Source: an uncultured Acidobacteriota bacterium (GTDB taxonomy: Bacteria; Acidobacteriota; Terriglobia; UBA7540). From it: 64,000 nt of DNA. The stretch spans positions 96,001 to 160,000 of the forward strand of contig CAWDSK010000006.1 in the NCBI GenBank assembly GCA_963804995.1, written 5' to 3'. The notes under the pieces were generated by a model, which saw only the letters and a list, made by a program, of their open reading frames with translations, ran no database searches and was not told the DNA's origin. Every line of letters begins with the position of its first letter. Position 1 is the stretch's first letter. This document shows, one piece after another, positions 43,333 through 54,514 of this stretch. The translations under genes were made by a program, and so were the position numbers.

Positions 43333-43643
43333 GCATGGATGCTGCTTTGTTTAAGCGCCTCGGCGAGGAGACAGCATCTACGAGACTACCATAATTTCCC
43401 TACCCCGGCACGCGACGCGGCGCCCGGGTACTGGTGCAGTTTGACGTAGCGGCGCCCGGCTGGTGATGTCATTTGGAAAGTGATCCTTTACCCTCTTCCC
43501 TGGGGAGAGGGCGGACAGGAGCCGGCATCTTCGTCAACCAAGGCAGGTCCGGTTTCGGGTTCGATTAGATCGGACCCTCGGACTCCATCAATCGGAGACG
43601 GGTGAGGGATCTCTTCGCGGCTAATGTTGCCTGACGCTATCCA

Positions 43644-44874
43644 CTAGATCCTCAAGAACAACTTCCTTCGATACATCCAGAAGAGCACCGCCCAGTAACA
43701 CAACAGTACAGCCACGCCTTCCATGAAGGGTTGGAGGCCGGCACCGAGGAAGGCAAAGAATTGCGACCCCAGGTGGATGCGGAACGTGCTAAGGAGGAAT
43801 TCCTCCATAAAATGCGCAATACAGTAGGCGGCGATGGAGTTCATGCCGATGACCACCAGGGGGAAGGCCCATGTTTTGCGCTGCCTGACCTCAATCACCC
43901 AGCAGAACGCCGCCAGCAATAAGAAACACATTCCGCCGCTGAACAATGTCCAACTGGGCGTCCAGATGCGCTTCACGACCGGGCAGATGTGGGTGAAGTG
44001 AAAGAATAGGCCGGCCGCGATTCCCACGGCTCCGGCGACGAGTAACTGCCGCAGGGGAATCTTGGGAGCGGCAGCTCGCAACCAGCGCCCCGCCACAAGA
44101 CCCAGGATCATGGTGCCCAGCGTAGGAATGAAACTGAGCGTCAGGTATCCACCATCGTTATAAACGAAGGGCGTTTCGCGTGGGAAGAGATTCAGGAACC
44201 ACTGGTCGAACGCAGTCCCCAAATTGTAGTTCTTGTTCCAGTGCGCGGCAAAGCCGGTGTAATTGTGCTGAGCGTTCCAGGCAGCGGATACTCCCACGGA
44301 TTGCCAATCAAAGCTGGGGGCCGGCAACCGGATAGAGCGCCCAGGCCAGCCAGTACCCCGTGAGGATCGCACCCAGCGTAGCCCACGCCCAGCGCGGCGG
44401 GCGGAAACCGAGTAGGAAGAGAAAGGGATAGCCGAACCCGATCTGCGTGAGCGTGTCTTCCATGGTGAAGTAAGTTTGTGTGCGGTCCATCGAGCGCAGG
44501 AAGACGCCCAGGGCCGCCAGCAGGAAAGCTCGCCACAAGGCATGGGCAAACAGTTTCCAAAAGGTTCCACCCTTCGCCACACGGCTCGCAATGGAGTAAG
44601 GAAGTGCCACACCTACCAGGAATGAAAATGAGGGCTGAATGAGATCATGCAGCGAACACCCAGCCCATTCAACATGGGTCTGGTGGTAGGCCAGAATCTG
44701 CCAGAACCAGCTCGTCGGAAAAGCCTGGGCTACACGGGAAAGGCGCAGGACTTCCGCCATCATGAGGAACATCACGAAGCCGCGATAGGCGTCAACGGCA
44801 ACGTTTCGGGCAACCGGCGAGCGGCTAGGCGGGGATGCCGCCAGCAGTGGGGCGGATTCGACAACGGTGCTCAT
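43644..44874 (-). CDS. DUF5009 / heparan-alpha-glucosaminide N-acetyltransferase-like membrane protein, frameshift near 44329
   Basis: [46 protein letters not shown]. Confidence 0.85.
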
Positions 44875-44928
44875 GTGCCACCTCCCTTTCGTCGAACAAT
44901 ATCACAGCGCCTGTCGCGAGCAAAGCAC

Positions 44929-46041
44929 TCAAAGGGGATTCGTGCACCCCGAGTATCGAGCTTTCTTCCAGGCGCTCAGTAAGTCAGGTCCGCCGTTGCC
45001 CGCGAGATCATAACCCGCCAGGGTCAGCAAGCTGAGCGCCAAGCCCTTCATGGTGAAGAATTGCTCCATCCGCTCATCACACGATTTGGCCTGCTGGTAG
45101 CGCGCCTGGTAGAGCTCAAACTGTGGGTAAAGTTCCCGCAGGGACATCAGACGTGTATCGCGAACCGGCGGATTCGACGCCAGGGCATTGACGCGAGCCG
45201 CCATCTTCTTGAGTAGTTCTTCGCGGGCGAGTGCGGCCCGGCTCGCAGCTTTTCCCAGCGCCTCCTCCTGCGCGAGTTGCCCGTCCGCTATCCTGCGAAG
45301 CGTGGAGCCGGAAAAGTTGTAACTGAAGGCCACCGACCACGAGAGCTGCAGGTTGTTGAGGAATTGCTGCAATTGGATCGGCGCGTCCAGTCGCGGTTCC
45401 ATTCCCACACTGCTGCTGAACGACCACCCGGCGAGGACCCTTGTCCAACTAGTGCTTTTCGAAAAGCGCTGGAGCAATGGCAGATTGTAAGAAGCTACGT
45501 AATTCTGCCGGAGTGACTGTTGAAATGTCCCGAACCCGATGCCGTTGGCAAACAGGCCCGTGATTTCCGTGCCGTAGTCAGTTCGAGCATTGCCGCTCAA
45601 ACGATCGAAAAGATACTTATTGATAGGGGTTTGGTTCTGCTTGCTAATTTCGCTCGTCAGCACTCTCTCCTCTTGTTGTGCGGAATCGAGATTGGAGAGC
45701 AGGGTGGTGAGGGGCCCGGCCTCAGGCTGCGTAGGATGCTGTGATTCCGTGAAGCTGGAAACAAAGTCGAACTTTGGTCCGGTGAACCACCGCGCACTCA
45801 CTGGATAGGCGTGAATCTGTGATGCCTTGGAGGTCGAGCGCACCGCGGGTGGCGTGGCCGGGTCATCCGCCAGTCGCTCAACTTGTAAACCCAAGTGGCT
45901 TTCCAGCTCCTCGAGGCTGGGGAATGCTTCCACCAGCCTCGCCACATCCGCCGGGCCGTCGGCCGCAGGGGCGGAAGGCGGTGTCCCGAACAAACCCAAG
46001 AGTACTAAGAGCGCCACCATCACTTTTGTCTTCATCAACAT
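44929..46041 (-). CDS. Secreted hypothetical protein
   Basis: 370-aa ORF with a Sec-type signal peptide; no family recognised. Confidence 0.7.
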   Translation of the reverse strand: MLMKTKVMVALLVLLGLFGTPPSAPAADGPADVARLVEAFPSLEELESHLGLQVERLADDPATPPAVRSTSKASQIHAYPVSARWFTGPKFDFVSSFTESQHPTQPEAGPLTTLLSNLDSAQQEERVLTSEISKQNQTPINKYLFDRLSGNARTDYGTEITGLFANGIGFGTFQQSLRQNYVASYNLPLLQRFSKSTSWTRVLAGWSFSSSVGMEPRLDAPIQLQQFLNNLQLSWSVAFSYNFSGSTLRRIADGQLAQEEALGKAASRAALAREELLKKMAARVNALASNPPVRDTRLMSLRELYPQFELYQARYQQAKSCDERMEQFFTMKGLALSLLTLAGYDLAGNGGPDLLSAWKKARYSGCTNPL

Positions 46042-46341
46042 ATTGCAACTCCTAATATTATTTCATTTATGGACAGGTCTGGACGCGCCTGAGGCACCAT
46101 GGGAATAAACCCGATGGAACCTGAAAATTGACTTTTGAAAGGTCGGAGACTTATTGAAGACCCCCTCGCCCGGCGCTTCGCATCACCCTCTGTCGCCGCG
46201 GCAGAGAATCCGCCGATCCTACTGGCGGGCGACGGAGGGGTGGTGATGAGGGGGGCGCTTCCCCGGATCGAGCTTGTGAACTTAATTGTGAAAGGTGGTA
46301 CCCAACTCGTCCTCTCAAGCTGCGCCCGGTTACCGTCGCGC

Positions 46342-47184
46342 TCACCCATGGAGCTTCCGAAACGCCGCCAGGCACTGCCGGACGGTTTCCATCTCGGAAA
46401 GGTCCGAGCCTTCCTGTTCGATCAAGTAGTACTCGATCCCCCCAGTCGTTTCAGCCGCGGCGCAGATCTCTTTCCAAGGCGCAACGCCCGCGCCGGTCAG
46501 CACCCGGTAGCCTCCCTCGGCAGACCAGTCCTTGACGTGAATGGAGCGGATGCGTCCGGGATTCTTCTTGATCCAGGCCACGGGGTCATTGCCGGTCGCA
46601 AGACAAGTCCCCACATCCAGTTGTAGCATGATGCTCTTGTCCAGAGTTGCGGCCAACAGTTCAATCGGCTTCTTACCGTCCACCGGCTTCCACTCGAGAT
46701 CGTGATTGTGATAGCCCGCGTGCAGTCCCTGCGCTTTCATCTTGTCATTGGCCTTGTTCAAGGTGTCGGCAATTCGTTTCCAATCATCCAGACTGCTGAC
46801 CTTGCCGGGGTCGGCCAACACGATGTACCGCGTCCCGAGCATCTTGTTCAGGTCAATCGCCTTGCTGAGGCCTTCCGGCGTGAACGATTCGAGATTATTG
46901 TGGGTGGAGTAGCAACGAATGCCGAGCTCCTTCAGTTCAGCGTGAACCTTCTGCGCATACTCGGGCGTCCAATCGTAATACGGGTCGAAGAACTCAACAC
47001 ACTGGTAACCCATCTTCGCCACGCCCCGCACGGTTCCCATCAAATCCTTCTGCAACTCGTCGCGAACCGAGTAGAGTTCAAGTCCCACAGGAATTTGTTT
47101 TGAGTTTGGCAGTGCAGCCGCCAGCGGCGCCGCCGCCATAAATCCTAAGAATGAACGACGTGAAATGGAAGTTTGTTTCCTCAT
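46342..47184 (-). CDS. Tat-exported sugar phosphate isomerase/epimerase
   Basis: SRRSFLG, GLELYSVR, YHNH, QLDVG, HVKD, IEQE. Confidence 0.92.
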   Translation of the reverse strand: MRKQTSISRRSFLGFMAAAPLAAALPNSKQIPVGLELYSVRDELQKDLMGTVRGVAKMGYQCVEFFDPYYDWTPEYAQKVHAELKELGIRCYSTHNNLESFTPEGLSKAIDLNKMLGTRYIVLADPGKVSSLDDWKRIADTLNKANDKMKAQGLHAGYHNHDLEWKPVDGKKPIELLAATLDKSIMLQLDVGTCLATGNDPVAWIKKNPGRIRSIHVKDWSAEGGYRVLTGAGVAPWKEICAAAETTGGIEYYLIEQEGSDLSEMETVRQCLAAFRKLHG

Positions 47185-47467
47185 AATCGGCCTACCATAC
47201 CACAACCGGACTCGAGCGGAGCGGCCCAATTCATTGGGCAACTCGACAAAAAATCCTCTTTCGAATTGGGGCTACCTAATCAAGGGCGCAACTTACGTCG
47301 AGCCTGATGTGGGCCGATTTAATGTATGTGCTTGGGAACGCGTGCCATCTTGGGTTGCAGTACCTTAGTACCGTTGTCAGGCAGTTCAAGTAATGGTACT
47401 CAGGTATTGGTCAGTCTATTCCTTGGCCCTGAAAACGGGGGAGCCGCCAAGGCTCCCCGAGTAAGCT

Positions 47468-50077
47468 ATGGAAGACGCGACGACAATGGTGGCGGCGCGA
47501 AATTTCGTGCGCAGCCTGAATATCCTTCTCAAAACCGTGCGCCTTTACGGGGCGGACCACGAGCGGACCAACACGCTCTTCGGCGCGGCCTGGGAGGAAC
47601 TTCGCACCACGCTGGGGGGCACCGGAGATGCCGGAGTCCTGCTCGGAATCTCCGGGACGCAAATCCTGCTGGATGGTATGCCGCTGGAACGGCGGCCCAC
47701 CGATAAGAGTTTCGCGCAATTGTTCTCCGCCGCGGGGATCGCCAGTATTCACTTCTCTTCGCACGTTACCCCCGAAGACTTCCACCGATTCGTGCAGGCC
47801 TTCGCTTCGCGGTCCCACAAAGCCGGAGCTCTGATGGCGGAGTTGCGATCCGCCCTGGGGCTGGAGCACGCGACCATCCGGGTAAACGAAGTCCGCTTCG
47901 TTCCCCAGGATTCGGCGTTGGGGGAACCCAACCTGGCGGCGCAACTTGCCGTGCACGCGCTAGGGGAGGAGGCGCAGAAGTTGCAGTCGGTCCTGGAGGA
48001 CCCGCAACGGCTGCTGCAACTGATCGTGGCGGCGGAGAGCGTCCGAGCGGCGGGGGGGCGTGGACCCGGAGGAGCCCAGGACCCTACGGCGTTGACCCTT
48101 TCGTTGGCCGACGCCGCACCCGTCCAGGAAGAAGACGTCATGAAGGTGCTCTCCTGGCTGGGGCGGCTGGGTGAGGCGGCCGGGCATCCCAATTCCATTG
48201 AGCAGATCGGCAATGTCAAACAGCAACTGAATCAACTTCCCACTTCCGCGCAGGCAGCGCTGGCGCAAGGGTTGAAGAGCCTGGGGGCCGCGCCCGATCC
48301 CTCGCGGCCAGACACTCCCATGCTGGTGCAGCTAGCCGAGCGCGTGGCCATCCGCTTTGCCCTGGAGCGTTTCGAACGTGGCGAATCCAAAGTCAATGCC
48401 GTGGTGGAATTGCTGGGGCGCTTGAAGCGGGAAGTCACCTCGCTGCGAAAAATCGTGAAGGGGCAGGACGAGAAACTGGGGCGTGCGGGGGTGGATAACG
48501 AATCTTACGAAGAAATCCTCGACCGGCAGTTCTGGGCGGGCGTGCCGGACCGGCACAAAATGAAGATCCTGCTCTCTCCGGAAGCCTGGGCCATTCCGCC
48601 GCGCAACATTCGCAGTTTCGTTCAGGACCTGCTGGTTCGCCGCGAGACGGAAACGGCGCGCAACATCTTGGAGAACTATGCCGCGTGCGCGGGGTCGCCT
48701 GACGCGGCGGCGAGAAGGAAGGTGGCTATCGGCCTTACCGACCTGACCGACCTTTACTCCCAGACGCACACGCCGCTGCTGAAATCCACGCTGCGCGACC
48801 TGGGAGAGCAGTTGAACCGGGAGCCGGATGCCGAGCTGCAGACACTGCTCGGCGCCGCCTTCGTGCGCTTCAGCCATGAAGCCGCCGCCCAACGCCACTA
48901 CCCTGCGGTTGAGGAAGCCCTGACGGAGCTGGAAAAGATTGGCGAGCGCCAGCCCGGGCTCGCCAAGCTCCTCTGGCCGCGCGTTAAAGTCGGGAACCCG
49001 TTGCCGGAATTCATTGAGGAAGCGGCGCGGGCTGCGCAAATCCCGGAAGGCCTAGTGGAAGTGCTGCGGCGCACCCCGCATGTTACCACCGACCTGGCAG
49101 CCAACTGCCTGCCGCGCTGCTCGCGGCGCGATGAGTGGGACCGTCTGGTGGAATTGGTTCAAGGAATGGGTAGCCAGGGCATCAGCTACCTGCGCAAGGT
49201 GCTGGAAGAGCGCCCGGCCAGCGAGGCGGCTTTCCGTGTGGCGCTGCTTTGCCGCCTGGAGCCTTCCGCCCTCGAGAATCTCCTTCCCCAGCGCTTGCGC
49301 GAATGGGACGAGGTGGCGCACGACCAGGTGGTGAGGCAATTGGCATATAGCGGAGCTCCGGAACGCGGGAAACTGCTGGCCAGCCTCTACGATTCTCTTC
49401 ACCCCGCCGTCCGACCCGAAGCCCTGGATGAGATGGGAATGTGCGGCGACCGCGCCGTCGCCTCTACCCTCATGACCGTCGTGCAAACCCCGCCGCGCTA
49501 TTCCGCCGAAGCTTACCTGCAGATCAAAGCCATCGAAGCCCTGGGCCGTCTGCGTGAACCCCGCGCCGGGGCCCTGCTCCGGCCACTGGTCGAAGCCAAA
49601 CGCCTCTGGTGGTGGAAGTATCCGCGCGAGCTGAGGATCACCGCGGCGCAGGCGCTCCAGAAAATTGATCCGGATTGGGCCGCCCGCGTCATGCTGCGCT
49701 GTGGCCTGAGCAAGTCAGATCTCAGCCTGGCGCCCCTCGAAGCGGACGCCTCAACTCCCTGGTCGCGCTCGCGGCGCTATGAACGCCTCAACTTGTCCCG
49801 TCCCTTGAGGGGTACCGTCAGTAGCACGCAAGGCAGCTACCGCATCTCCGTCGGCCAACTCAGCCTGGGCGGCGGTGTGGCGCACAGCCAGTGCCACATT
49901 AAAGCAGGCAGTACCGCGGGCCTGAACTTCCAATCGGGATTGCATCGAATCCGCTCCGAGGTGCTGGTACGTGAGGCGCGACCTCAGGAATTGACCTTCG
50001 AGCTGGTCAAAATTGACCTGGCAGACCGCAACCAACTGCGCCGCTCCTGCGCCGGACTTCAAGCAGCCACGGCATAG
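47468..50077 (+). CDS. HEAT-repeat protein with a C-terminal PilZ-like domain
   Basis: HEAT-like IKAIEALGRLRE and RITAAQALQKID; C-terminal RRYER...QLSLGG. Confidence 0.8.
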   Translation: MEDATTMVAARNFVRSLNILLKTVRLYGADHERTNTLFGAAWEELRTTLGGTGDAGVLLGISGTQILLDGMPLERRPTDKSFAQLFSAAGIASIHFSSHVTPEDFHRFVQAFASRSHKAGALMAELRSALGLEHATIRVNEVRFVPQDSALGEPNLAAQLAVHALGEEAQKLQSVLEDPQRLLQLIVAAESVRAAGGRGPGGAQDPTALTLSLADAAPVQEEDVMKVLSWLGRLGEAAGHPNSIEQIGNVKQQLNQLPTSAQAALAQGLKSLGAAPDPSRPDTPMLVQLAERVAIRFALERFERGESKVNAVVELLGRLKREVTSLRKIVKGQDEKLGRAGVDNESYEEILDRQFWAGVPDRHKMKILLSPEAWAIPPRNIRSFVQDLLVRRETETARNILENYAACAGSPDAAARRKVAIGLTDLTDLYSQTHTPLLKSTLRDLGEQLNREPDAELQTLLGAAFVRFSHEAAAQRHYPAVEEALTELEKIGERQPGLAKLLWPRVKVGNPLPEFIEEAARAAQIPEGLVEVLRRTPHVTTDLAANCLPRCSRRDEWDRLVELVQGMGSQGISYLRKVLEERPASEAAFRVALLCRLEPSALENLLPQRLREWDEVAHDQVVRQLAYSGAPERGKLLASLYDSLHPAVRPEALDEMGMCGDRAVASTLMTVVQTPPRYSAEAYLQIKAIEALGRLREPRAGALLRPLVEAKRLWWWKYPRELRITAAQALQKIDPDWAARVMLRCGLSKSDLSLAPLEADASTPWSRSRRYERLNLSRPLRGTVSSTQGSYRISVGQLSLGGGVAHSQCHIKAGSTAGLNFQSGLHRIRSEVLVREARPQELTFELVKIDLADRNQLRRSCAGLQAATA

Positions 50078-50536
50078 ACGGGGCTCCGAATCGGGGGATC
50101 CGTTCATCGGGTCATCGGTTCATTGAGCCATTGAGTGATTTCGCGATTGAGCGAATGGGCGACTGGTTCATCGGGCCATTGAGCCAGCGTAGCGCGGTCC
50201 CCCGGTTTTTGATTCCGCGGTTCTTCGTATGGAAAGCCCGCAAATCTCAACCACAGGGGTTAGGGATTAGGGTTCTGGGCTCTGGCACGGCGGGGACGAT
50301 TTTCCCACGGATTGCGAAGCTGCGAAAAAAATCCCTGAACGAGCCAAAGCATCTCGCGCCGAGACGCAGAGGCCGCAAAGAAAACAAAGCAGTTATTTAT
50401 CTCAAATCTCTGCGCCTCGGCGCGAGATTGTCTATTTCTTCGCAGCTTCTTGCGCCGTGGGCTGCTCCTTTTTATCGGAGCTGGCAGCTAGAGGATTGCA
50501 GTCCTTGGCGGAGTTGCGGGAGCGGCCGGACAGTTC

Positions 50537-50929
50537 TTAGGGCTTACAGGCGCCGAAGTCCCTGGTTACATTTTGTACCTCGAAGACAAGCGTTTTGCCT
50601 TTGTCCCGGGGCTTGCCCTCCAAGGTCATTCGATCGCCCGGCTTAACGGCTGCCATGTTGCCAGACAGCGCGTAATCCCGCTTGTCTTTTTCGTTCGTTA
50701 CAATCATCCCGTTTGCTCCTGAGTTGACACAGCCCGTAATCGCTTTCTTTTTGGGCTTATGGCGAAGGACCAGAACGGTTACGACTACCACGATGACCGC
50801 AGTTACAGCTACAATTCCAATCACAATTTCGGTGGCGTCTGTCTTAAGTTGATCTGCCCGAGCGGGCGTGGCGATTGCCACACTAAGAACGGCAATCAGA
50901 ACTGCACGTAAGAGAAACTTTCGCGTCAT
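50537..50929 (-). CDS. Small exported/membrane protein
   Basis: Signal peptide ending PARA, a TM helix and a beta-rich ITGCV...DFGAC domain; AGGAGG RBS. Confidence 0.75.
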   Translation of the reverse strand: MTRKFLLRAVLIAVLSVAIATPARADQLKTDATEIVIGIVAVTAVIVVVVTVLVLRHKPKKKAITGCVNSGANGMIVTNEKDKRDYALSGNMAAVKPGDRMTLEGKPRDKGKTLVFEVQNVTRDFGACKP

Positions 50930-51604
50930 GCTGACCTCCTGAGCTAGAATTTTTACCTGGGTTCCCTGAGAGTGGAAAGCATACACCCAACCGCGGCTGG
51001 GACATATCATTGGTTTTTGGGGACGGGGATTTCCCAGAGGGACGGTGGGAGTTCTTCGTTTGAACATTCTGCAGATCCCCAACACGAACGGCTTCGCCAC
51101 GATACGTTTGCTCAAATGGCACAGTAAGGACCGCGGACCTCAACGGCGGAGGTCCGCGCTACGCTGGCTGTAGCACAGCCACTCCTGGCTGTGTCGCTAA
51201 GTTCGAACCTCCAGCCGCAGTCACAGGCAGGAGTGCCTGTGCTACCCGGCGCGGCTGCGCTACACTGGGCATTCCGTAGTTCGGACAATTCGGCGCACCT
51301 CTTTTACGATTTGGGCTACCGGTAGCCCATTTGTATATATCTCACTTGACAATGGATGGCTCCCTGCTAGGCTATTAACAGGAGACTTGTTTCGTGCTGA
51401 CATTGCCCCCGCCGTGGAATGCCAAACGAGGCCGCGACAATCGCGCCCCCTCGTCCCAAGGTGCGGCTTACTTGAAAATGCGCTGCCGACCGCCAGGATT
51501 CCCGCTTCCTGCCTTCGCAGGAAGGACAAGCGTGGGATCTGTGCCCAATCCTCCGGCGCGGCGGTCCGAAACACGGTTGGATATGACACAGATTGCGGTC
51601 TTCT

Positions 51605-51865
51605 TCTAACGATGTTGATGATAATAAAGGCAGTTAGCGGAAATACTGATGATTTACAGAAAATGTCAACGCATTGAAACTAAACCGGTTGCTTGATTGC
51701 CTGGCCCGGGTGCGCCACCGAAAAAAACTGTTTCGGATAGTCTGACGATGTGTATGAAAACAAAGGTAGGCGGCAGTGACAATTTGGCAAGTCTAGCGAT
51801 GTTGATGAAAACGCACAAGTTAACCTAATTTTCCGACGATGTTTATCAAAACAAAGGTAGTTATC
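51605..51865. repeat. Degenerate AT-rich direct-repeat array A (GATGTtgatGAAAAcaaaggnaGTTA)
   Basis: Units with GATGT at 51611, 51747, 51798 and 51838. Confidence 0.7.
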
Positions 51866-52236
51866 AGGAAAAGCGTGGTGTTTTGGACGGAATTCTGGAC
51901 TCGGGCATGGGGGGCGAGGAGCGGCGCTCGGCGCCCAGTGCGGCCACTAAAAGAGGCGTGGCGATTGCCACACTTAGAACGGCAATTTGGACTGCTCGTA
52001 AGAGAAACTTAGGGGTCATGCTGACCTCCTGAGCTAGAATCTCCATCTGGGTTCCCTGAGCGTGGGAAGCATCCACCCAGCCGCGACTGGGGCATACCAT
52101 TGGTTTTTGGGGCGCGGGGATTTCCCGCGGGACTGTGGCAGTTGGTGCCTCCACCTCCGTCGACGGGCAGGCTGACGCCGCGACGGGTCGGGGCGCCAGT
52201 CTGCCGATTTCGCGGATTGAAAGGAAGGCTGATAAT

Positions 52237-54504
52237 ATGAAACGCAGAATATTCCTACAGAAAACCACCGCAGGATTAGGTGTCTTGGCAGGATGGCCTC
52301 GCCCGAGCGAGGGGATGGGATTCTTCGCCGGTCGTCGCAGCTCCACTTGGCCAGAACCCACCCCCGGATAACTATCGAGTCCCCGATTGGCTGTGTTATT
52401 CGCGATCGGTCTATTTTGAGGGCTATTGCCCTCCGGCGTGGCCGCTTGGAAAGGAGCTCGATGCCAAGCGCATCGTTGAGCTCGCCGGCGAAATAGGCGG
52501 AGACACGTTGAGATTTCAACCCATCACCTATCGCGCCCTCTATCCGAGCAAGTTCTTCCCCACTTACCCGGAGTTGGGCAATCGGGACCTGATCGACGAG
52601 GTGTCGCGGGAATGCCGCCGGGCGGGCATCCATCTTTATTGCTACTGCATTCTCGCCGGCGGCTGGGATAAGGCTCTCGTCAATGATCCTCGCTATTTCC
52701 CGTACATGCTCCATGGTGCGGATGGCAAGCCCAGCGGGTGAGCGGAGCACCGGTTACGGCAACGTCGAGCAGATTATGACCTGCGGGACCGGGGAACCCT
52801 ACCGGCAAATGATCCGCAAGCTTGGTCCACGAACTCTGCGAGCATGACATCGACGGTCTTTACTTCGACGCTCCCAGCGGCTATCGGAGCGTCTGCTTTT
52901 GCGATAGTTGCCGGGAAGGCTTTAAGAAGTTCAGCGGCATGGACCTCGATCGCCTGCGCAACGTGCAGGGCCTCGAACACCTTCCGGCCAACGCGGATAT
53001 GAAGGCTCTCGGCGCCTGGTACGATTGGGCCAACAAGCTGACCGAGGAGGATCTGGTCGACCTCCGCAAGATCATCCACGGGAGTGGGAAATTCATGCTT
53101 TGCCACAACGGGGCGACCTGGAGGCCCGCGTCATTTCATTTGCAGTATCGATACTCGGACGGGTTTATGGTGGAGTATAGCGAGCAGTTCTATCAGCGCC
53201 TGCTGCGGGCGATGATGGGGGCGTCGATGGCCCGGCCCACCCGGAAGCTGGCGCAGACGTATATGGGCAGCTACGACGTGGCGGCGAACGGGCAACCGCC
53301 TCACGACCGTCCCTGGGCGGCGCACTGCGTGAACCTGGAGGATGGAGACGAGATCCGCATGGAGGGCTTCGCCGACCTCGCGGGGGGGAACATGCCCCTG
53401 TACAATAGCGTCAACCGCCTTCTGTACGGAGTCGGGGAGGGCAGCACGGAGCCGGTCAAGGAAGTTTTTGCTCTGATGCGCCGCGCCGAGCCTATCTTCA
53501 AAGATAGCGTCCCGGTCCCTTACCTGACCATCGTCCCCACCGCCGAGTCGCTGGAGCTCTGGCGAACCAAGCGCCAGAGTTGGAACATGATGATGAGTGA
53601 AGGTCTGGCGCTCGCAATGCTGGATGAGCGCATCAGTTTCGATGTCAATCCGAACACGGAGCTGAGCGCGGATTGGCTGAAGACCCAGAAGGCCATCGCG
53701 CTCTGTGGGGCGTCAGCCATGAAGGACGAGGACGCTCGCCTGCTGGCCGCTTGGGTGAAAGAAGGTGGAGGACTGCTGGCCACCTACGATTCGGGTCTCT
53801 ACAACGAGAAAGGCGAGTTGCGGCGAGATGGCGGAGCGCTGCGGGATATCCTGGGCGTGGACATGAAGGGAGAAGCCCCGGAAGGCCATACCGACACCTT
53901 CTATCGGATTACCCAATCTCATCCGGCGCTAGGCGAATATCACGAGGGAAAGATCGTGATGGCTGACGCGAAGCTGGTACCCATCACACCCCGGCCGGGG
54001 GCGACGGTTCTGGCGGAAGGCATCAACCTCGACTTCCAAAAAACTCTCGGTCCCGCCATCGTCGTCAATCAATACGGGCGAGGACGGGTCGTCTACGTGG
54101 CGGGAAGTTTGGAAGCCCAATACGTCGCCACCCGTGTGATCTCACTCCAGAGGATGCTCGCGTCCATGGTTCGCTACCTGCGGGCAGATGCGCCGATGCC
54201 TTTTAGCCTGGTTGCTCCCCGAGGGGTTTACGGGATTCTCCGCAGCGCTCCGGGCGGGGACTTGGTGCTTTGGATTTGCGCCAATGTGGGCTTCAAAGAC
54301 GCTACCGTCGGCCGCATGCGCCAGGATTTTCTGCCGGTCCCGAATGTGGTCGCCAGGGTCCTGGTGCCGGAAGGACGGCAACTGAAATCAGTCGAGTTGT
54401 TGCGCACGAACCAAACCGCGGCGTTTCCCATGGAGGGCGGGTACGCCGTAATCACAATACCTGTCGTGCATATCGCCGAGGTCGTGCACCTGAGTCTTGC
54501 TTAG
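52237..54504 (+). CDS. Exported glycoside-hydrolase-like protein (GHL6-like TIM barrel plus beta-galactosidase trimerisation-like domain) with three frameshifts
   Basis: MKRRIFLQ signal; RDLIDEVSRECRRAGI, IDGLYFD, CFCDSC, WVKEGGGLLAT. Shifts near 52310-52365, 52737 and 52822. Confidence 0.75.
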
Positions 54505-54514
54505 CAGTGTGCAG

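Noticed and set aside
51605..51865. AT-rich array as degenerate CRISPR
   Set aside because: Units are too divergent and spacing too irregular (40-136 bp).
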